A DNA stretch of 48,010 nt from contig JBBTQO010000015.1 of NCBI GenBank assembly GCA_038065655.1, forward strand, positions 1 to 48,010. The letters are read 5' to 3'. The notes beneath the pieces are model-generated. The model was not told the DNA's origin and did no database searches. It saw only the letters and a program-made list of their open reading frames with translations. Below are positions 9,058 to 20,980 of the stretch, one piece after another (the stretch's first letter is position 1; each line of letters opens with the position of its first letter). Made by a program: the position numbers and the translations under genes. Origin of the DNA: Patescibacteria group bacterium (lineage in GTDB: Bacteria > Patescibacteriota > Minisyncoccia > Phycocordibacterales > WO2-35-19).

Positions 9058-10272
9058 ATGCTTTTTTCATACAAAACAATCAATAAAGGGGGAGAAAGAG
9101 AAGAAGGTACTATAGAAGCTTTTAGTATGGATGTAGCCATTGCTTCTTTGCAAAGAAAAAGTTTAGTTGTAACCTCTATCAAACCCAAAGATGAATTTGA
9201 TGACGGAGATATTCTTAAAAAGATTCCATTTTTTAATAAAGTTTCCAATAGAGAAATAGTTATTCTTTCAAGACAAATGTCTACTCTTTTTGAAGCGCAA
9301 GTTTCGGCTTTGAAAATTTTTAAACTAATTGGAGCGGAAACAGAAAATGTTGCTTTAAGAAAACATATGATAGAGGTTGTTGATGATTTACAAGGAGGTT
9401 CATCAATATCGGGAGCTCTTTCCAAACACCCGGACATTTTTTCAGATTTTTATGTCAATATGATAAGAGCTGGAGAAGAATCTGGGCACATAGACCAATC
9501 TTTTGCCTATTTGGCAGATTATTTGGACCGTAATTATGAAATTTCATCTAAAGCAAAAAATGCTTTAATTTACCCAGCTTTTGTTATTTTCACTTTTATA
9601 TCGGTTATGGTATTGATGTTTACGGTGATAGTGCCTAAAATTGGCGTGATTATAAAGGAGTCAACCCAAAAAATACCTTTTTATACTAAAATTGTCTTTG
9701 CTGTCAGTGATTTTTTTGTTAATAATTGGGCCTTTTTGATATTTGCTCTGATTGCTTCGATTGGAGGTTTGATTTGGTATGGTAGCACCAAAGAGGGTAA
9801 AAGATGGATTTCAAACACCAGACTTTATATTCCTTATCTCGGCGATCTTTATCAAAAACTTTATCTCTCTCGATTTTCAGACAATATGAGCACGATGGTT
9901 CTTTCTGGTATACCAATGCTTAAAGCGATTGAAGTGACTTCTTCGGTTATAGATAATGAAATATATAAAGAAGTTTTAGATGAAGCCTTGGTAAAAGTTA
10001 AAGCCGGTCAAGCTCTCTCGGTCGCTCTCAGTGGTAGAGAAGAAATACCAAATGTTTTGATTCAAATGATAAAAGCGGGAGAAGAATCCGGGGAACTCGG
10101 AAAGATTTTGAAAACAATGTCCAAATTTTATCAAAGAGAAGTAATGGCCGCAGTGGATACTTTGGTCAGTATGATTGAACCGGTTATGATTGTGGCCCTA
10201 GGTATTGGCGTCGGTATTTTATTAGCTTCGGTTTTAATGCCAATATACAATATCGCCGGGTCTGTGTCATAA
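9058..10272 (+). CDS. pilC: type IV pilus platform protein PilC (GspF family)
   Basis: Two GspF repeats (MIRAGEESG / MIKAGEESG), ALIYPAF, MIEP..LMPIY. Confidence 0.95.
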   Translation: MLFSYKTINKGGEREEGTIEAFSMDVAIASLQRKSLVVTSIKPKDEFDDGDILKKIPFFNKVSNREIVILSRQMSTLFEAQVSALKIFKLIGAETENVALRKHMIEVVDDLQGGSSISGALSKHPDIFSDFYVNMIRAGEESGHIDQSFAYLADYLDRNYEISSKAKNALIYPAFVIFTFISVMVLMFTVIVPKIGVIIKESTQKIPFYTKIVFAVSDFFVNNWAFLIFALIASIGGLIWYGSTKEGKRWISNTRLYIPYLGDLYQKLYLSRFSDNMSTMVLSGIPMLKAIEVTSSVIDNEIYKEVLDEALVKVKAGQALSVALSGREEIPNVLIQMIKAGEESGELGKILKTMSKFYQREVMAAVDTLVSMIEPVMIVALGIGVGILLASVLMPIYNIAGSVS

Positions 10273-10279
10273 TAAAAGT

Positions 10280-10726
10280 ATGAAAAAAAGTCTAGGTTTT
10301 TCTTTAGTTGAATTATTGATAGTCATCACTATTATAGGGATTTTATCAACTATTATTTTAAATAGTCTTTCAAACTCAAGAGCCAAAGCTTATGATTCAA
10401 AGGTTAAACAACAGCTTAGCGGTTTTAGAACAGCCACGGAAATATATTTTGCCAATCAGTCACCCAATGGTTATGGTCCGGCCACTATTGGATGTGATGG
10501 AGGGATATTTAATAATGTTGATGCTCCAAACGGAACTCCAGGTTTGTATATAGCGGATGGTAATCTTCCGGATTTTGTAGATATCAAATGTAGTTCTACC
10601 GATTCAGCTTATGCGGTGAAAGCTACCTTATATTCTGGTAATGAATACTGGTGTGTAGATAACAAGGGCACTTCCAGGATGATTTCTGGACCCATAGGGG
10701 GTCCCGAAACTATGTGTAGTTTCTAA
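10280..10726 (+). CDS. type IV pilin
   Basis: G|FSLVELLIVITIIGILS prepilin motif; C-terminal cysteines (YWCVD). Confidence 0.92.
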   Translation: MKKSLGFSLVELLIVITIIGILSTIILNSLSNSRAKAYDSKVKQQLSGFRTATEIYFANQSPNGYGPATIGCDGGIFNNVDAPNGTPGLYIADGNLPDFVDIKCSSTDSAYAVKATLYSGNEYWCVDNKGTSRMISGPIGGPETMCSF

Positions 10727-10742
10727 TAGTTATATCAATAAT

Positions 10743-11273
10743 ATGAATCAAGATTTTGTATCATATATTGATACTCGCGTATATAAAACTAAATATCGCA
10801 CCCATTTTATCAATATAACCAAAGATATTGAAGAAATTATAAATAAGTCTGGGGTGAAGCAGGGAACAGTCACCATTCAAACTCATCATACCACTTGTGG
10901 TGTTTGGATAAATGAAGATGAGAAAAACTTGATTGGCCCTTCTGAAGAATTGGGTTATGCCGCTGATTTAAGAAAGGTTTTGGACAATTTTGCGAGCCCT
11001 ATGTCCGAATACGGTCACAATGATGTTTGTGATGTCTGCAACCAAAAAGGCAAAAGAAATACTCATTTATGCGAGGCAGATGAAAACGGTGTTATACATG
11101 AATGTGTCAATGGCCACGCTCACGCCCAGGCTCTTATGATTCACCCAAGTCTTTCTTGTATAGTTGAAAAAGGTAAACTTTTGAAGGGCAAATGGCAGCA
11201 AATCATGCTGGTAGAGCTTGACCATGACAGAGAACGCACCATTTCTGTCTTGGTTCAGGGGACAAGAGGATAA
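10743..11273 (+). CDS. YjbQ/UPF0047 family protein
   Basis: FINIT, HTTCGVWINE, NGHAH, GKWQQIMLVELD. Confidence 0.88.
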   Translation: MNQDFVSYIDTRVYKTKYRTHFINITKDIEEIINKSGVKQGTVTIQTHHTTCGVWINEDEKNLIGPSEELGYAADLRKVLDNFASPMSEYGHNDVCDVCNQKGKRNTHLCEADENGVIHECVNGHAHAQALMIHPSLSCIVEKGKLLKGKWQQIMLVELDHDRERTISVLVQGTRG

Positions 11274-11408
11274 ATAACTTATCCACATATCCCTTACCAA
11301 AAAAATATACTTTGTTTATAATATTAATTAAGGCTTGAGAGGTAAATAAGGTCGATCATTATCAAGCTTCTCTCTCGAGAGAGAAATTAGTTAATTTCAT
11401 TCAAAAAA

Positions 11409-11888
11409 ATGTTTAAAAATAAAAAAGCGAAATCTTTAAAAGGATTCACACTTATCGAACTTCTTGTTGTTATCGCTATTATTGGTATCTTGTCATCAGT
11501 CGTCTTGGCTTCCCTTAACACTGCTAGGTCAAGGGGCAGTGATGCTGCTATAAAAGCAGATGTAGCGGGCGCAAGAGCTGCTGCTGAACTTGTTTATGAC
11601 ACACTCGGAGGATATGGCGCTCAAGCCTTTTCTTCTGCTTGTGGTGCTATTGCTGTAGCCACTCCGTCTACTCATATGTTTAACGATTCTAATGTTCAGG
11701 CTCAAATCGATGATGCTGTCGCAAAAAACGGAGGTACCGATGCTAAATGTGGTTCGACTGCTTCAACATATGTATTGGCTGTTCCTTTGAAAACCTCTGG
11801 TGCTTGGTGTATAGATCATTCCGGTAACTCCAGGGCAATGACTGCGGCTCAATTTACTGCTTTGGCGGCTATTTCAACTTGTCCTTAG
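11409..11888 (+). CDS. pilA: type IV pilin, probable major pilin
   Basis: KG|FTLIELLVVIAIIGILSSVVLASLNTAR; own promoter, UTR and terminator; strongly biased codon use (GCT/GGT). Confidence 0.88.
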   Translation: MFKNKKAKSLKGFTLIELLVVIAIIGILSSVVLASLNTARSRGSDAAIKADVAGARAAAELVYDTLGGYGAQAFSSACGAIAVATPSTHMFNDSNVQAQIDDAVAKNGGTDAKCGSTASTYVLAVPLKTSGAWCIDHSGNSRAMTAAQFTALAAISTCP

Positions 11889-11910
11889 TTGTTCTGTAAA
11901 TGTTTCTCGA

Positions 11911-11936
11911 CAAAACCCCGCTGTTGCGGGGTTTTG
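11911..11936 (+). terminator. intrinsic terminator (possibly bidirectional)
   Basis: CAAAACCCCGC-TGTT-GCGGGGTTTTG. Confidence 0.85.
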
Positions 11937-12021
11937 TGTTATTATATACACAATAAATGGCATATTTTTTCTTAACACTTATATTTTTGTTTGGCGTAGC
12001 TTTGGGAAGTTTTAAAATTTT

Positions 12022-12678
12022 CTACTCATCAAATATGTCAAAGGGCATCTTCGACACTGTCCTTTTGTAGAGTTTTGTGTTTTCATTTATAAAATTTTGT
12101 TTGCCACCAAAAACTTCGGTCAAAAATTGTTTGTGAACTATCGGATTTTTTCTATCAATGATGAAATCATTATAACTACTCCACTTAAATTCTTCTGGTT
12201 TGTCCACCAGAAAATCTTTAACTGGATTCATGTGTATGTATGAGGAAATCAACATTAATTGGGGATTTGTTTCTATTTGGGCAGATTTGAATTGGTCCTG
12301 AAAGACATGACCCACTCTTTTATATTTGATATTTATGTATTTAGAAAAGCTTGTAAATACTCTTGAAATTAGTTTTGAAATTGATTCATCTCCACATTGT
12401 TCTATTAAAAGATGTATATGATTTGGCATTAAACAAAAAACATGAAGCTTAAAATTTTTTGGCTTTAAACTGTTAATTCTTATTCTTGATTTGAGGGATT
12501 TGGTTATCTCACATTCATTCAGATCTCCTTTTTCAATACCAAGACCTAATCCTAACCTAAAAAGAAAAGCTCTGTAATCTTGCTCATCTCGGAATATTAT
12601 TTCTTTGTTATCGCCCCTGTTGTATATGTGGTGAATAGTATTTTTAGCAAAATTTTTGTAATCTCTATTTTGTCCCAT
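12022..12678 (-). mobile_element. REP-associated tyrosine (Y1/HUH) transposase, RAYT-like
   Basis: HHIYNRGDNKEIIF, FCLMPNHIHLLI (HUH), GHVFQDQF, YIHMNPV, KWSSY. Confidence 0.92.
12036..12057. repeat. RAYT-flanking REP palindrome (inside the 3' end of the RAYT CDS)
   Basis: TGTCAAAGGGCATCTTCGACAC; one mismatch to the reverse complement of 12703-12725. Confidence 0.85.
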
Positions 12679-12702
12679 ATTTATATTATATCATAAATTA
12701 AA

Positions 12703-12725
12703 GTGTCAAAGATGCCCTTTGACAC
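12703..12725. repeat. RAYT-flanking REP palindrome (upstream of RAYT)
   Basis: GTGTCAAAG-ATGCC-CTTTGACAC. Confidence 0.85.
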
Positions 12726-12776
12726 CTTTTTTTAAAATTCAGGTAAGGAATATTTTCTATGCTATTATTTAGTTTA

Positions 12777-13628
12777 ATGCAATATTTTTTCTTAACACTC
12801 ATATTTTTATTTGGCACTGGTTTAGGCAGTTTTATAATGGTTATAGCCAATAGATATAACACGGGATTACCCTGGATAAAAAGCCGGTCAATTTGTTTTT
12901 CATGCAATACCCAGCTTCAAAGGAATGATTTAGTGCCTATTTTTTCTTTTCTGCTTTTAAAAGGTAGATGCCGATATTGTCAAAGCAAAATTCCCAAAGA
13001 AACTTTTTTTGTTGAGATTTTAATGGGCATTCTCTCTGTTTTAGCTTTTATAAAATCAGGTTTTTCTATTTCTGATTTTCCTACCCTGATACTTGATGCT
13101 AGCTACTGGCTACTTTTTATTAAATATTTACTACTAACTGCTATTTTTGCCGTTATCCTCTTAATCTCTACATACGATATCAAACACTTCATCATTCCCG
13201 ACTCTTTTCTCATTGCTTTTTTCATTCTCTCCCTTTTTTACGCCCTGCTACTAGCCACTAGCTACTGGCTACTTTTTGTTAATTTGCTGGCTGGCCTTAT
13301 CCTAGTTCTACCATTCCTCCTCATTTTCCTTATTTCTAAAGGTCAATGGCTCGGTTTTGGTGATGTGAAATATATCGCTGTAATCGGTTTTTTGTTAGGG
13401 TTTGTGGGGGGGTTGTCTGCGGTCGTCCTATCTTTTTGGATAGGGGCCGCCTTTTCTTTAATTGCTTTATTTTTGAAAAAAATTACACACTTTATAAATT
13501 TGCCCATTCTAAAGAATAATCTTACAATTAAGTCTGAGATTCCTTTTGGGCCGTTTCTTTCTTTGGGTGTAATAATTAGTTTCTATTTAAGTTTAGATTT
13601 ATTCCATATAAATGAATTATTTTTGTAA
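12777..13628 (+). CDS. pilD: prepilin peptidase PilD (A24)
   Basis: GSF, RSICFSC, KGRCRYC, YDIKHFIIPD, GFGDVK, EIPFGPFL; start codon (12759 vs 12777) uncertain. Confidence 0.95.
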   Translation: MQYFFLTLIFLFGTGLGSFIMVIANRYNTGLPWIKSRSICFSCNTQLQRNDLVPIFSFLLLKGRCRYCQSKIPKETFFVEILMGILSVLAFIKSGFSISDFPTLILDASYWLLFIKYLLLTAIFAVILLISTYDIKHFIIPDSFLIAFFILSLFYALLLATSYWLLFVNLLAGLILVLPFLLIFLISKGQWLGFGDVKYIAVIGFLLGFVGGLSAVVLSFWIGAAFSLIALFLKKITHFINLPILKNNLTIKSEIPFGPFLSLGVIISFYLSLDLFHINELFL

Positions 13629-14265
13629 ATTAAAAATTAAAAATAGGGGATTTACCCGCACACCAAAATCTTTGATGTCCGGGTTTACCCTAACAGAGCT
13701 TATTGTGGTAATGGCTATTGCCACTGTCATTATGACCTCTATTGTTATTCAGCAGAGTAAGTGGAATGATCAATTAGTTGTCAGTACTCAAGCCTATGAA
13801 ATGTCTTTAATGATTCGCCAAGCCCAAATTTATGCCCTTGGGGTGAGGGAAAATGTGGCTGGAACCGGAGATAAATTTGACGTTGCTTATGGGATTAATT
13901 TTGACATTACTTCTCCTACTCAGTATGTTTTTTTTGTAGATAAAAATAAAAGTGGCAAATTAGATTCAGAAGAATCATTAGAGACTAAATCACTAACAAG
14001 AGAAGTCTATATTCAAAAAATTTGCGCTTTTATTCCACCAAAAGCAAAATGTTCGGATCTTGGCGTTCTTAGCAAAGTTTCAGTCACTTTCTTAAGACCA
14101 TCACCAAATGCTATTATAAAACTTCTTACTTCTTCTAACCAAGAAGTGGCTGCTTATGAACCTCCGGCCATTATTCATCTTTTATCACCGAAAGGGGTTA
14201 AATTTTATTTAAGAATAGAATCAAGTGGACAAATATACATTGGAACCGGTGAACCAGTACAATAA
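13612..14265 (+). CDS. minor pilin (FimT/FimU-like)
   Basis: SG|FTLTELIVVMAI, IRQAQIYAL, YGINF. Confidence 0.85.
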   Translation: MNYFCKLKIKNRGFTRTPKSLMSGFTLTELIVVMAIATVIMTSIVIQQSKWNDQLVVSTQAYEMSLMIRQAQIYALGVRENVAGTGDKFDVAYGINFDITSPTQYVFFVDKNKSGKLDSEESLETKSLTREVYIQKICAFIPPKAKCSDLGVLSKVSVTFLRPSPNAIIKLLTSSNQEVAAYEPPAIIHLLSPKGVKFYLRIESSGQIYIGTGEPVQ

Positions 14266-14266
14266 A

Positions 14267-14839
14267 ATGAAAAATAAAAGTAATAACTTAAAATTTTTTG
14301 ATGTGCATTCGCGAAGCAAGCGGGGGTTTACTTTAGTGGAGATGCTTATCGCTGTGACTTTGTTTACTATTATTGCTTTTTTTTCCATTGGAGCAATACT
14401 CAGTATTTTTGATGCCAACAGAAAGGCTCGGTCATCAAAAACAGTTATGGACAATTTTAATTTTGCAGTTGAAAATATGGTTAGAAATGTTAGGTTTGGA
14501 GATCATTATTACTGTGGAGATTCACCTGACACCTCCAGCACAAATGATTGTTCTAGCGGGGGAGAGTCATTTTCTGTCACATTTGATGGTGTTAGAATAA
14601 TTTATATGAAGAATGGTGATGCTATACAAAAAAAGGTAGGTGCGGGCAATTACGAGAATATCACTTCTCCAGATACAATAGTACAAAACTTAAAATTTTA
14701 TGTTTTTAATACTGCATCTTCTGATGACAAGCAACCCTATGTTATCATCGTTATTCAAGGTTATGTTGGTAATAAACCATCAACTCAAACTAAATTTTCT
14801 ATACAAACTTTAATATCTCAAAGAAAACTTGATTTATGA
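14267..14839 (+). CDS. minor pilin (PilW-like)
   Basis: RG|FTLVEMLIAVTLF, ENMVRNVRFG, QTLISQR. Confidence 0.85.
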   Translation: MKNKSNNLKFFDVHSRSKRGFTLVEMLIAVTLFTIIAFFSIGAILSIFDANRKARSSKTVMDNFNFAVENMVRNVRFGDHYYCGDSPDTSSTNDCSSGGESFSVTFDGVRIIYMKNGDAIQKKVGAGNYENITSPDTIVQNLKFYVFNTASSDDKQPYVIIVIQGYVGNKPSTQTKFSIQTLISQRKLDL

Positions 14840-15423
14840 TTAATAAATTAAAAATTAAAAATTTTAAATTAAAAATTCCTGCAAAGCAAGCGGGGTTTAC
14901 AGTGCTCGAATCGATTGTAGCCATTATGGTATTGTCGCTCTCAATATCTGGCGCTTTTTCGGCTGTGCAACAGAGTTTATCTCAATCAATCATAGCTAAG
15001 GACGAAATCAAAGCCTTTTATTTGGCTCAAGAGGCAATAGAAATAATCAGAAATAAAAGAGACACTAATCAGCTTTCAATAATCAGTACTGGTTCAGGAA
15101 ATTGGTTGGATGGAATATCTGCACTGGCGGGGGACTCATGCTATTTTGGTAAAACATGTCGAGCAGATGCTACTGGGCCCAATAATATTTATCTTTATTC
15201 TTGTTCTGGCAGTTGGGATTCTTGTGAAATATTGCGTCAAGATTCAACAACTTTTTTATACAATTATGATGCGAATGATCCAACTACAAATTTTAAAAGA
15301 GAGATACAAATAGAATCAATTAATGCAAATGAAGTCGCTGTTACCGTTCGTATTATTTGGACTAAAGGCCTCATCATAACAAGAGAGTTTAAAGTTAAAA
15401 CAAGTTTATTTAATTGGATATGA
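14836..15423 (+). CDS. minor pilin (PilV-like)
   Basis: AG|FTVLESIVAI, AFYLAQEAIEIIRNKRD, C-terminal LFNW. Confidence 0.85.
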   Translation: MINKLKIKNFKLKIPAKQAGFTVLESIVAIMVLSLSISGAFSAVQQSLSQSIIAKDEIKAFYLAQEAIEIIRNKRDTNQLSIISTGSGNWLDGISALAGDSCYFGKTCRADATGPNNIYLYSCSGSWDSCEILRQDSTTFLYNYDANDPTTNFKREIQIESINANEVAVTVRIIWTKGLIITREFKVKTSLFNWI

Positions 15424-15935
15424 AAAATAAGGGAATGACATTATTTATAGCTGTAAGTATAATGGGAATTTTACTTTTTATAAGTTTTGCTGTGGTTAAT
15501 ATTACTATAAAAAGTACTTTGTTTGCTTCTTCTGGACGAGATTCTCAGTTTGCCTTTTATGCAGCAGATGCCGGATTGGAATGCGCTTTATATTGGGATT
15601 CAAAGTTTGACGCTTTTTCTACCTCTTCTCATCCTCTTCTTCTTGATAATACCGTATATTGTGGAGGCAGTGGTATTATGACAAATCAAGCGCTGTATGG
15701 TACCTCTACTTTGGGAAGGATCGGTTTGGGAGGAGATGCAAATCCTACAAGTCGCTTTAGTTTTATAGTGGATTATAGACTTGGGGTTTCATCTCCTTGC
15801 TCTGTTGTGACCGTTTACAAATATTATACAGGTAGTCCGTTAGTATTGAAGACATACATAAAATCACGAGGCTATAATACCTGCGAAATGACCAATCCCA
15901 GAAGGGTAGAAAGAGGTATTGAAGTAACATATTAA
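15420..15935 (+). CDS. minor pilin (PilX-like)
   Basis: KG|MTLFI (no Glu5), SQFAFYAADAGLECALYWD, IKSRG, VERGIEVTY. Confidence 0.85.
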   Translation: MKNKGMTLFIAVSIMGILLFISFAVVNITIKSTLFASSGRDSQFAFYAADAGLECALYWDSKFDAFSTSSHPLLLDNTVYCGGSGIMTNQALYGTSTLGRIGLGGDANPTSRFSFIVDYRLGVSSPCSVVTVYKYYTGSPLVLKTYIKSRGYNTCEMTNPRRVERGIEVTY

Positions 15936-18008
<2,073 letters not shown>

Positions 18009-18028
18009 TAAAATGCTATTATTGAACC

Positions 18029-18331
18029 ATGATTTCCAAAGAAGAAATTAATAAATTGGCTGATTTGGCCAGAATAGAAATTAAAGAAGAGGAGCAAGAA
18101 AAATTGGCTTCAGAAATGGAGGCGGTACTTGATTATATTGGTCAAATAAAATCTGTAACTGGAGGGGAAATAAGTTTTTCCTCCCCTGAACAAAAGGGGG
18201 GTCATGGTGGGGTTTTTAATGTAATGCGCGAAGATGAAAATCCAAACGAATCGGGTACTTTTACTGATGATGTTTTAAGAGAAGCGCCCGATAAAGAAAA
18301 TGGTTATATAAAAGTTAAGAAGATATTATAG
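18029..18331 (+). CDS. gatC: Asp-tRNA/Glu-tRNA amidotransferase subunit C
   Basis: ISKEEINKLADLARI, NVMRED, GYIKVKKIL. Confidence 0.95.
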   Translation: MISKEEINKLADLARIEIKEEEQEKLASEMEAVLDYIGQIKSVTGGEISFSSPEQKGGHGGVFNVMREDENPNESGTFTDDVLREAPDKENGYIKVKKIL

Positions 18332-18362
18332 AGGGTGAATTATGAATCAAGAATTATGAATT

Positions 18363-19823
18363 ATGGAATTTAAAAATCTAACAATAAAAGAAGCAAGAAC
18401 ACTTTTAGATAAGAAAGAAATTTCGGCAGTTGAGCTTGCAAAATCATATTTAGAAAATATTGAAAATAAAAATAAAGAACTAAATGTTTTTTTGGAAGTT
18501 TATGATGATGTTTTAAATCAGGCAGAAATTGCTCAGAAAGTTATTGATAATAGGGAAGCAAAAGAATTAACCGGTATTCCTCTGGCCATCAAAGATAATA
18601 TTTTAATAAAAGGCAAAAAAGCTAGCTCTGCTTCTAAAATATTAGAAAATTATATAGCCATTTATACAGCTACGGCTGCTCAAAAACTGATAAACCAAAA
18701 TGTAGTTTTTTTAGGCAGGACCAATATGGACGAATTTGCTATGGGCAGTTCCACCGAAAATTCGGCCTTTGGGGTGACTAAAAACCCTCTAGACCCGTCC
18801 AGGGTGGCCGGTGGCTCAAGCGGTGGTTCAGCAGCTGCTGTAGCGGGGAATATGGCTCTTGGAGCCCTTGGATCGGATACAGGCGGTTCGGTGAGGGAGC
18901 CGGCTAGTTTTTGTGGAGTAGTGGGTCTAAAGCCAACTTATGGCAGTATTTCTAGATATGGATTAATAGCTATGGGCTCATCTTTAGATGTTATCGGCCC
19001 CATAAGCAAAACAGTTTCTGATGCTGAAATTATTTTTAATGCTATTAAAGGCAAAGATAAATATGATAGTACTTCAATAACCTCACCCCTGACCCCTCTC
19101 CTAGATGCAGGAGAAGGGAAAAGGAGGGGAAATTTGAAGATAGGTGTGCCTTATCATATTTTAGATCAAGATGGTATTGGAGAAGATACAAAGAAAAATA
19201 TAACCGAAGCGATAAATAAATTAAAAAATCTTGGTTTTGAAATACAAGACATTTCTCTACCAGATATAGATAAATCACTGGCCGTTTATTATATTGTAAT
19301 GCCGGCCGAGGTTTCTTCCAATATGGCTAGGTTTGATGGCATTAAATACGGCTTGTCAGTAGATGGCAACCCTTCGACTTCGCTCAGGGCAAGCAATCTT
19401 TTAGAAGTTTACAAAAAAAGTAGAGGAGATGGTTTTGGTAAGGAAGTCAGGAGGAGAATTATTTTAGGAACATATGTTCTTTCCTCCGGATATTATGATT
19501 CGTATTATGGTAAAGCAATGTTAGCACGAAAAATAATAACAGAAGAGTTTAATAATGCTTATAAAAAAGTAGATGCCATCCTCACTCCGACCACACCGTT
19601 TCCGGCGTGGGAAATAGGAGAGAAAAAGACTCCGTTGGAAAATTATTTGGCCGATGTCTTTACCGTGTCAGCAAATATTGTTGGCTGTCCCGCTATTTCT
19701 TTACCCTCTGGTTTTTCAAAAATAGATGGAAAAGATTTGTCGCTTGGCATACAATTAATGGCATCACATGGACAAGAAAATATTTTATTTGAAATTGGCA
19801 AATCTTTTTTAAATGAAAATTGA
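18363..19823 (+). CDS. gatA: Asp-tRNA/Glu-tRNA amidotransferase subunit A
   Basis: AIKDN, NMDEFAMGSSTE, GGSSGGS, GSDTGGS, EVRRRIILGTYVLS. Confidence 0.97.
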   Translation: MEFKNLTIKEARTLLDKKEISAVELAKSYLENIENKNKELNVFLEVYDDVLNQAEIAQKVIDNREAKELTGIPLAIKDNILIKGKKASSASKILENYIAIYTATAAQKLINQNVVFLGRTNMDEFAMGSSTENSAFGVTKNPLDPSRVAGGSSGGSAAAVAGNMALGALGSDTGGSVREPASFCGVVGLKPTYGSISRYGLIAMGSSLDVIGPISKTVSDAEIIFNAIKGKDKYDSTSITSPLTPLLDAGEGKRRGNLKIGVPYHILDQDGIGEDTKKNITEAINKLKNLGFEIQDISLPDIDKSLAVYYIVMPAEVSSNMARFDGIKYGLSVDGNPSTSLRASNLLEVYKKSRGDGFGKEVRRRIILGTYVLSSGYYDSYYGKAMLARKIITEEFNNAYKKVDAILTPTTPFPAWEIGEKKTPLENYLADVFTVSANIVGCPAISLPSGFSKIDGKDLSLGIQLMASHGQENILFEIGKSFLNEN

Positions 19824-19849
19824 AAATTAGAAATTGAAAATTTACTCAA

Positions 19850-20527
19850 ATGCCTCCAAAAGATAAAAAACCAAAAGAAAAACCAGCAGGTTGGAATTTT
19901 GATCCATTTGAAGGTCTTATTGTACTACTTTTTTTACTAGCTATTTTGGGAAGTCTCATTCCGACGATTTTGGGTTATATTATTTCTGGAGAGATTTCTT
20001 TTTTTGGCTACAAATTGTCCGGTATTTTTGATTTTTTCAAAAATAATATTCAATTTTTTAAGACTCTCGGTTTTGTGATTGCTGGCGGGGCCGCCCTTGG
20101 CACTTTTGTTTTTACTAAAAAAGCCGATGCGATTTGGCGTGCTGAAAAAGCCAAATTATACCCAGAAAATATGAAAGAACCACTTTCAAATATGAAAGCC
20201 ACAAAAAATAAAATGCTTGAGAGGTGGGAAAAGATTGTTTTAAATTCCGAATCCATCAATTCTTCCGATTGGCGTTTGGCGATTATAGAAGCCGATATTA
20301 TGCTGGATGAACTTTTAGAAAAATTACAATTACCGGGCGATACAATGGGGGAGAGATTGAAAGCGGTAGAAAAAAGCGATTTTGTGACTATAGATGAAGC
20401 TTGGGAAGCTCATAAATTTAGAAATATGATTGCCCATGAAGGGAATAATTTCCTCGTAAACCAACGCGAAATCCGCCGTATCATCTCCCTTTACGAGGCG
20501 GTCTTCAAAGAATTCTTTCTAATTTAG
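19850..20527 (+). CDS. conserved hypothetical membrane protein
   Basis: Two TM segments then WRLAIIEADIMLD..GDTMGERLK..AWEAHKFRNMIAHE (HEPN-like RxxxxH end). Confidence 0.8.
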   Translation: MPPKDKKPKEKPAGWNFDPFEGLIVLLFLLAILGSLIPTILGYIISGEISFFGYKLSGIFDFFKNNIQFFKTLGFVIAGGAALGTFVFTKKADAIWRAEKAKLYPENMKEPLSNMKATKNKMLERWEKIVLNSESINSSDWRLAIIEADIMLDELLEKLQLPGDTMGERLKAVEKSDFVTIDEAWEAHKFRNMIAHEGNNFLVNQREIRRIISLYEAVFKEFFLI

Positions 20528-20537
20528 TTTTATTGCT

Positions 20538-20812
20538 GTTACCTTGTACGACCAAACTCGCACCTTTTTCCAATGTGAATGATGTTCGCACGCTCCGCGC
20601 GCGTGGTGATGTGGATTTTTTTGTATTGTAATCGATCACCAAGCGAATAATAGAAGGAGGAACGAGAAATGTTCAAGTATTCTAATATCTTTGATTTCTT
20701 TTCCATAATATTTACCACCCCCTTTTTTCACTCTCTTCAAAACATATTCTTTGACATCTTTGGGTATGTTGTTACCAATTCTACTTTTAAAATTCTCTTT
20801 ATTATTTTCCAT
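20538..20812 (-). pseudogene. IS3-family transposase remnant (orfA start fused to orfB start)
   Basis: Minus strand MENN..IPKDVKEYVLKRVKKGG, then in another frame MEKKSKILEYLNISRSSFYY (typical IS3 orfB N-terminus); the remainder is missing. Confidence 0.5.
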
Positions 20813-20980
20813 ATGTTTCTACGGCGCTCATATTCAGCCATGTCATAGCAGAAATGCCCGAGGACTCATTCTGTATGTGCTTGACCCACCTCTCCCATTC
20901 GCGCACATTTTTTGCCGCTAAAAAGAAAAAGGGGAGCGGCAAAACTCCCTAAATTATATTTTTTATTATCCCGCGTAGCT

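Noticed and set aside
10280-11888. Pilin antigenic-variation (silent cassette) or DGR system
   Set aside because: Both pilins are full-length; no truncated copies, reverse transcriptase or TR/VR pair in the window.
12022-12678. IS200/IS605 insertion sequence
   Set aside because: No tnpB; length, NPV/WSS motifs and flanking REP palindromes fit RAYT better.
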